From the NCBI GenBank assembly GCA_050613775.1, contig JBODTK010000015.1, forward strand, positions 248,001 to 312,000: a stretch of DNA of 64,000 nucleotides, read 5' to 3'. The notes under the pieces were generated by a model that was given only the letters and a program-made list of their open reading frames with translations, made no database searches and had not been told where the DNA came from. Position numbers and translations under genes: made by a program. Source of the DNA: Neocallimastix sp. 'constans'. Lineage: Eukaryota. Positions 59,496 to 64,000 of the stretch are shown piece by piece (positions within the stretch are counted from its first letter, which is position 1; each line of letters opens with the position of its first letter).

Positions 59496-60709
59496 TTAAA
59501 TATTTATATTTATATTTAAATAATAATAACAAAAAAAATTTTTTTTTTATATTTAAATAATTTTTTATACATTTAAATAATAATTTTTTATATTTAAATA
59601 ATTTTTTTTTTATATTTAAATAATTTTAGATGTATTATGTATTTAAATAAGTAATTTTTTTTTTTTTATATTTAAAATAATTAAAAATCTATTTTATTAA
59701 TATAAAGAGTGAAAAATTGTGAAATTTATTTTAATTAGTTTAATTATAAATTGGTTCATGGTTGTACACTTTTCCGTTTGTCATTGCTAATATTCATATA
59801 ATAATCATAATCATAATAATAAATAATTAATTATTAAATAATAAATAGCTTATAATAAATAGTTAAATAATAAATAGTTACATAATAAATAGATAATAAT
59901 AAATTAGAAATATTAATTATTAAATAATAAATAATTACTATTCTATCTTCTATTAAACGATATGACCATAATAATAATAATAATAATTGATTTTGTTTTT
60001 AAATGATTTAAATTAATAGTTTATTTTATTATTTAATAAAGTTTTCATTATTAAAAATTCTTATCTATTGAATGTAATGTATTACAACACGTAATGTAAC
60101 GTAATATAATGCATTCTAATAAAATTTTTATTTTTTTTTTATACGTTAAGTAAGAATAAAAAAAAAAAAAAAAGGATTCAGAAAGGATCCTTTAAAATTA
60201 TTTAAATAGTAACTTTTTTTCTTCTCTACTTCTATTATGACGACGATTATGTATAATATAATATAAATTAATATAATAAAACATATTATAATATAATCTA
60301 ATATATTATACTATATTAGATTAGATTAGATTAAAGTAAAATATAAAATATTAAAATATTAAAATATTGAATATTTAATGTTGAATGTAGAATAGAGAAT
60401 GGAGAATAGGGAATATTGAATATAGAATATAAAATTATATCATTTTATTAATAATATAAGAAAAATTATTTTCTATTTATTACACATTCTTTTCTATGTT
60501 TAAATCTTTTTTTTTCTTTTTTTTTTTTTTTTTTTACATATCCAATAAATTGCATATCAATGAAGTTAATTCTGCTTCTAATTTAATCTTTATCGCTTTT
60601 ATGCATAATTAAAACTTAATATTAGGAAAAAGAATAAAATGAAAAAGAAAATTAAAAAAAAAAAAAAAGAATGAAAAAAAAAAGGATAAAATTATTAAAA
60701 ATATCTCAA

Positions 60710-60886
60710 ATATCAAATAATTTTAATTTTAAAGAGTTAAAATAATTCTTAAATTTTTTTTTTAAAAAAAAAAAGTAAAAAAAAAAAAAGTAAAAAAAAA
60801 AAAAAAAAAAAAAACATTTTAAACTCTTCATAATTAAAGGTTTAAGAATGATTTTTAAACTCTTTAAAATTAAAATTATTTGATAT
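60710..60886. repeat. ~45-bp inverted repeat pair (MITE-like fold-back)
   Basis: atatcaaataattttaattttaaagagtt...ttcttaaa versus tttaagaa...aactctttaaaattaaaattatttgatat. Confidence 0.7.
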
Positions 60887-61049
60887 GGAAGCGTTTAAAA
60901 TGTTTTTTTTATTTTTTTTTTTTAAAAAAAATTGAAAAAGACTCATTTATTATTTAATTAGTCTCAACGATTAAATTATTGAAAATTTTTATTATTTTAT
61001 TATTAAATTTTTATTCGTCCACTTTTATTGTATTTTTATTATTATTCAA

Positions 61050-62150
61050 TATTTATTATTAAATATTAAATATTGAATATTTATTATTAAATTTTTATTA
61101 TTCAATTTTTATTATTCAATTTTTATTATTCAATTTTTATTATTCAATTTTTATTATTAAATTTTTATTATTCAATTTTTATTATTAAATTTTTATTATT
61201 AAATTTTTATTATTAAATTTTTATTATTCAATTTTTATTATTAAATATTGAATATTAAATATTTATTATTAAATATTAAATATTGAATATTTATTATTAA
61301 ATTTTTATTATTCAATTTTTATTATTAAATTTTTATTATTAAATTTTTATTATTAAATTTTTATTATTAAATTTTTATTATTAAATTTTTATTATTCAAT
61401 TTTTATTATTAAATTTTTATTATTAAATTTTTATTATTCAATTTTTATTATTAAATTTTTATTATTCAATTTTTATTATTAAATTTTTATTATTAAATTT
61501 TTATTATTAAATTTTTATTATTCAATTTTTATTATTAAATATTGAATATTAAATATTTATTATTAAATATTAAATATTGAATATTTATTATTAAATTTTT
61601 ATTATTCAATTTTTATTATTAAATTTTTATTATTCAATTTTTATTATTAAATTTTTATTATTCAATTTTTATTATTAAATATTGAATATTAAATATTTAT
61701 TATTAAATATTGAATATTAAATATTTATTATTAAATATTAAATATTGAATATTTATTATTAAATTTTTATTATTCAATTTTTATTATTAAATTTTTATTA
61801 TTAAATTTTTATTATTAAATTTTTATTATTAAATTTTTATTATTAAATTTTTATTATTCAATTTTTATTATTAAATTTTTATTATTAAATTTTTATTATT
61901 CAATTTTTATTATTAAATTTTTATTATTCAATTTTTATTATTAAATTTTTATTATTAAATTTTTATTATTAAATTTTTATTATTCAATTTTTATTATTAA
62001 ATATTGAATATTAAATATTTATTATTAAATATTAAATATTGAATATTTATTATTAAATTTTTATTATTCAATTTTTATTATTAAATTTTTATTATTAAAT
62101 TTTTATTATTCAATTTTTATTATTAAATATTGAATATTTTATTATTAAAT
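61050..62150. repeat. 1.1-kb 14-bp satellite with variant units and higher-order structure
   Basis: Units tttttattattaaa and tttttattattcaa, interspersed with a recurring tattgaatattaaatatttattattaaa block. Confidence 0.92.
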
Positions 62151-62809
62151 AATTTTTTAATTAATAAAAATTAATTTAAAAAAAAAAAAAACTTTATTTT
62201 TATTCAATCTCTGCCACTTAATTCGTTGATGATGATGATTAAATATAGATTTCAAAAAAAAAAAATTAATAATAATAATAGTTATATATTTATATGTTAT
62301 TAATATTTATATAAATATTATTTTTTCAATCTTTACTTCTATAATTAATATTTCAACTATCTATTATTTACTAATAAATACTTCTTTTTATTATTATTTA
62401 TTAATAAATACTCTTTTTATTATTTATTATTTATTATTTATTATTTATTATTTATTATTTATTATTTATTATTTATTAATAAATACTCTTTTTATATTTT
62501 ATTATTTATTATTTATTATTTATTATTTATTATTATTATTACTTGTTACTTTTTATTATTATTATTACTTGTTACTTTTTATTATTATTATTATTACTTG
62601 TTACTTTTTATTATTAATTATTATTACTTGTTACTTTTTATTATTAATTATTATTACTTGATACTTTTTATTATTATTATTATTATTATTACTTGATACT
62701 TTATCTAGATTATTATTATTTCTTATTATTATTCATTATTTACTTGTTCATTTACTATTATTATTATTAATTGTTACTTTTTATTATTTTTTAATTATTA
62801 TGGAATTAT

Positions 62810-62846
<37 letters not shown>

Positions 62847-63244
62847 GCTTTTAATATGTAACCATTTGGGAAGGGGAATAGTAATATTACGGAAGTCACC
62901 ATACTTCGGGGAATGCTTTACTTAGTATTGGTAGACTCTTGTTTCCCCTTTTAAACTGGACGGGGCCCTTTAAACCCCCGAGTGAATGAATTCATTTGCC
63001 GCATCGGCGGCGGCGCTGACTTGACTTGACTTGACTTGCCGTAGATTTGTGAGTGAATGAGAATGTGAGAATTTTTTTTAGAATTTTTTTTTTTTAGAAT
63101 TTTTTTTAGAATTTTTTTTTTTTTTTTTTTTTTTTCGAGGTCCTCGGCGTTGCTTTTTTTTTTTTTTTTTTTTTTTTACTCGGAAGGGGACCTTTGAGGC
63201 GAGGCAAGGCCAATCTAATCTAACCATATACTTTGCTTTCAAAT

Positions 63245-64000
63245 GGTTTAATCTGTTGGAGATTGAGACTCTTAATCTGTTAGATATAATTTTTAATACC
63301 AAAAATTATTTTTAAGTAAGGAATGATATTTTGAATCTTTTATATTTGTTCATTTTAAATATATACTTAAGTAATTGAGAATTCTCTATATTAAAAAAAA
63401 AAAAAAAAAAGATTAAATATTAAATTAAATTAATCATTATTTTGACAAAATAAATAAAAATTTATAGTAAAATAATAAAATATTTATTAAAATATTAATA
63501 TTTCATGATTTTTGGAAAATCATCATTCCAAATTTCGATTGATTAGGGCTTTGAGACATTTAAAAAAAAAAAAAAAAAAAACCAGATGAAATATTACTAT
63601 TATTTTCAGAAGTTTCTTCTGAATTATATATCTTTATCAGGAGTCAAAGCTTTGAAGAATTCCATTTAAATTCCATCAGGATCACATGCTCTTATAGTTA
63701 GGAGAAGATGAAATTGCCTCTTAAATTCCAAATTTCTTCATCCCTTTCATATTTTGGTTAATTTCTAATTCCTAACTAGGAATATTAAATTTATTGTGAT
63801 CATAAATTTCATTCTTAAGTTCAAACCATTTTATAACCTATCCTACTATACAAATTTTCTTTTTTTTTTTTTTTTTTTTTTGGGTAACAAAAATGATTCA
63901 TCTGTGATAGTTTTCATAACAATAAATCACGAGTAGTTTATTGATCAGAGACAGAAAGAGAGTCAATAAAAAAAATAAGCACTAGATATATTTTATCTAG
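63245..64000 (-). mobile_element. Degenerate non-LTR (LINE) retrotransposon, N-terminal part of the RT domain
   Basis: Minus-strand fragments EAISSSPNYK, ACDPDGI*MEFFKAL, KCLKALINR, IWNDDFPK and VLKIISNRL match the LINE K(A/S)PGPDG...EF.K, W....P..W and KI..NRL motifs. Many frameshifts. Confidence 0.75.

Noticed and set aside
61050..62150. CRISPR-like regular array
   Set aside because: No unique spacers; it is a eukaryotic AT-rich satellite.

Overview
Extremely AT-rich, intron-dense eukaryotic DNA. The gene content (CotH kinase, solute-binding-domain/7TM receptor, giant ankyrin proteins, Asn microsatellites) fits an anaerobic gut fungus (Neocallimastigomycota); this assignment is inference. 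I reconstructed by hand several spliced genes that the ORF track misses or fragments: a divergent UBC9-like SUMO E2 (9 exons, +), a minimal divergent SUMO-like modifier (4 exons, -), C1D/Rrp47, a four-EF-hand protein, two very large ankyrin proteins, a class-C-like GPCR with a bacterial-type solute-binding ectodomain, a damaged LRR membrane receptor and a CotH kinase. Mutator/MULE, Ty1/copia and LINE relics and many satellites fill the rest. The top candidate for an undescribed system is the tail-to-tail UBC9-like/SUMO-like pair (6438-10915). Both genes are intact, but both are altered at specificity-determining residues, which suggests a private SUMO-like conjugation module running in parallel to the canonical one. 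All exon boundaries, translations and family assignments were made by eye, without database searches.
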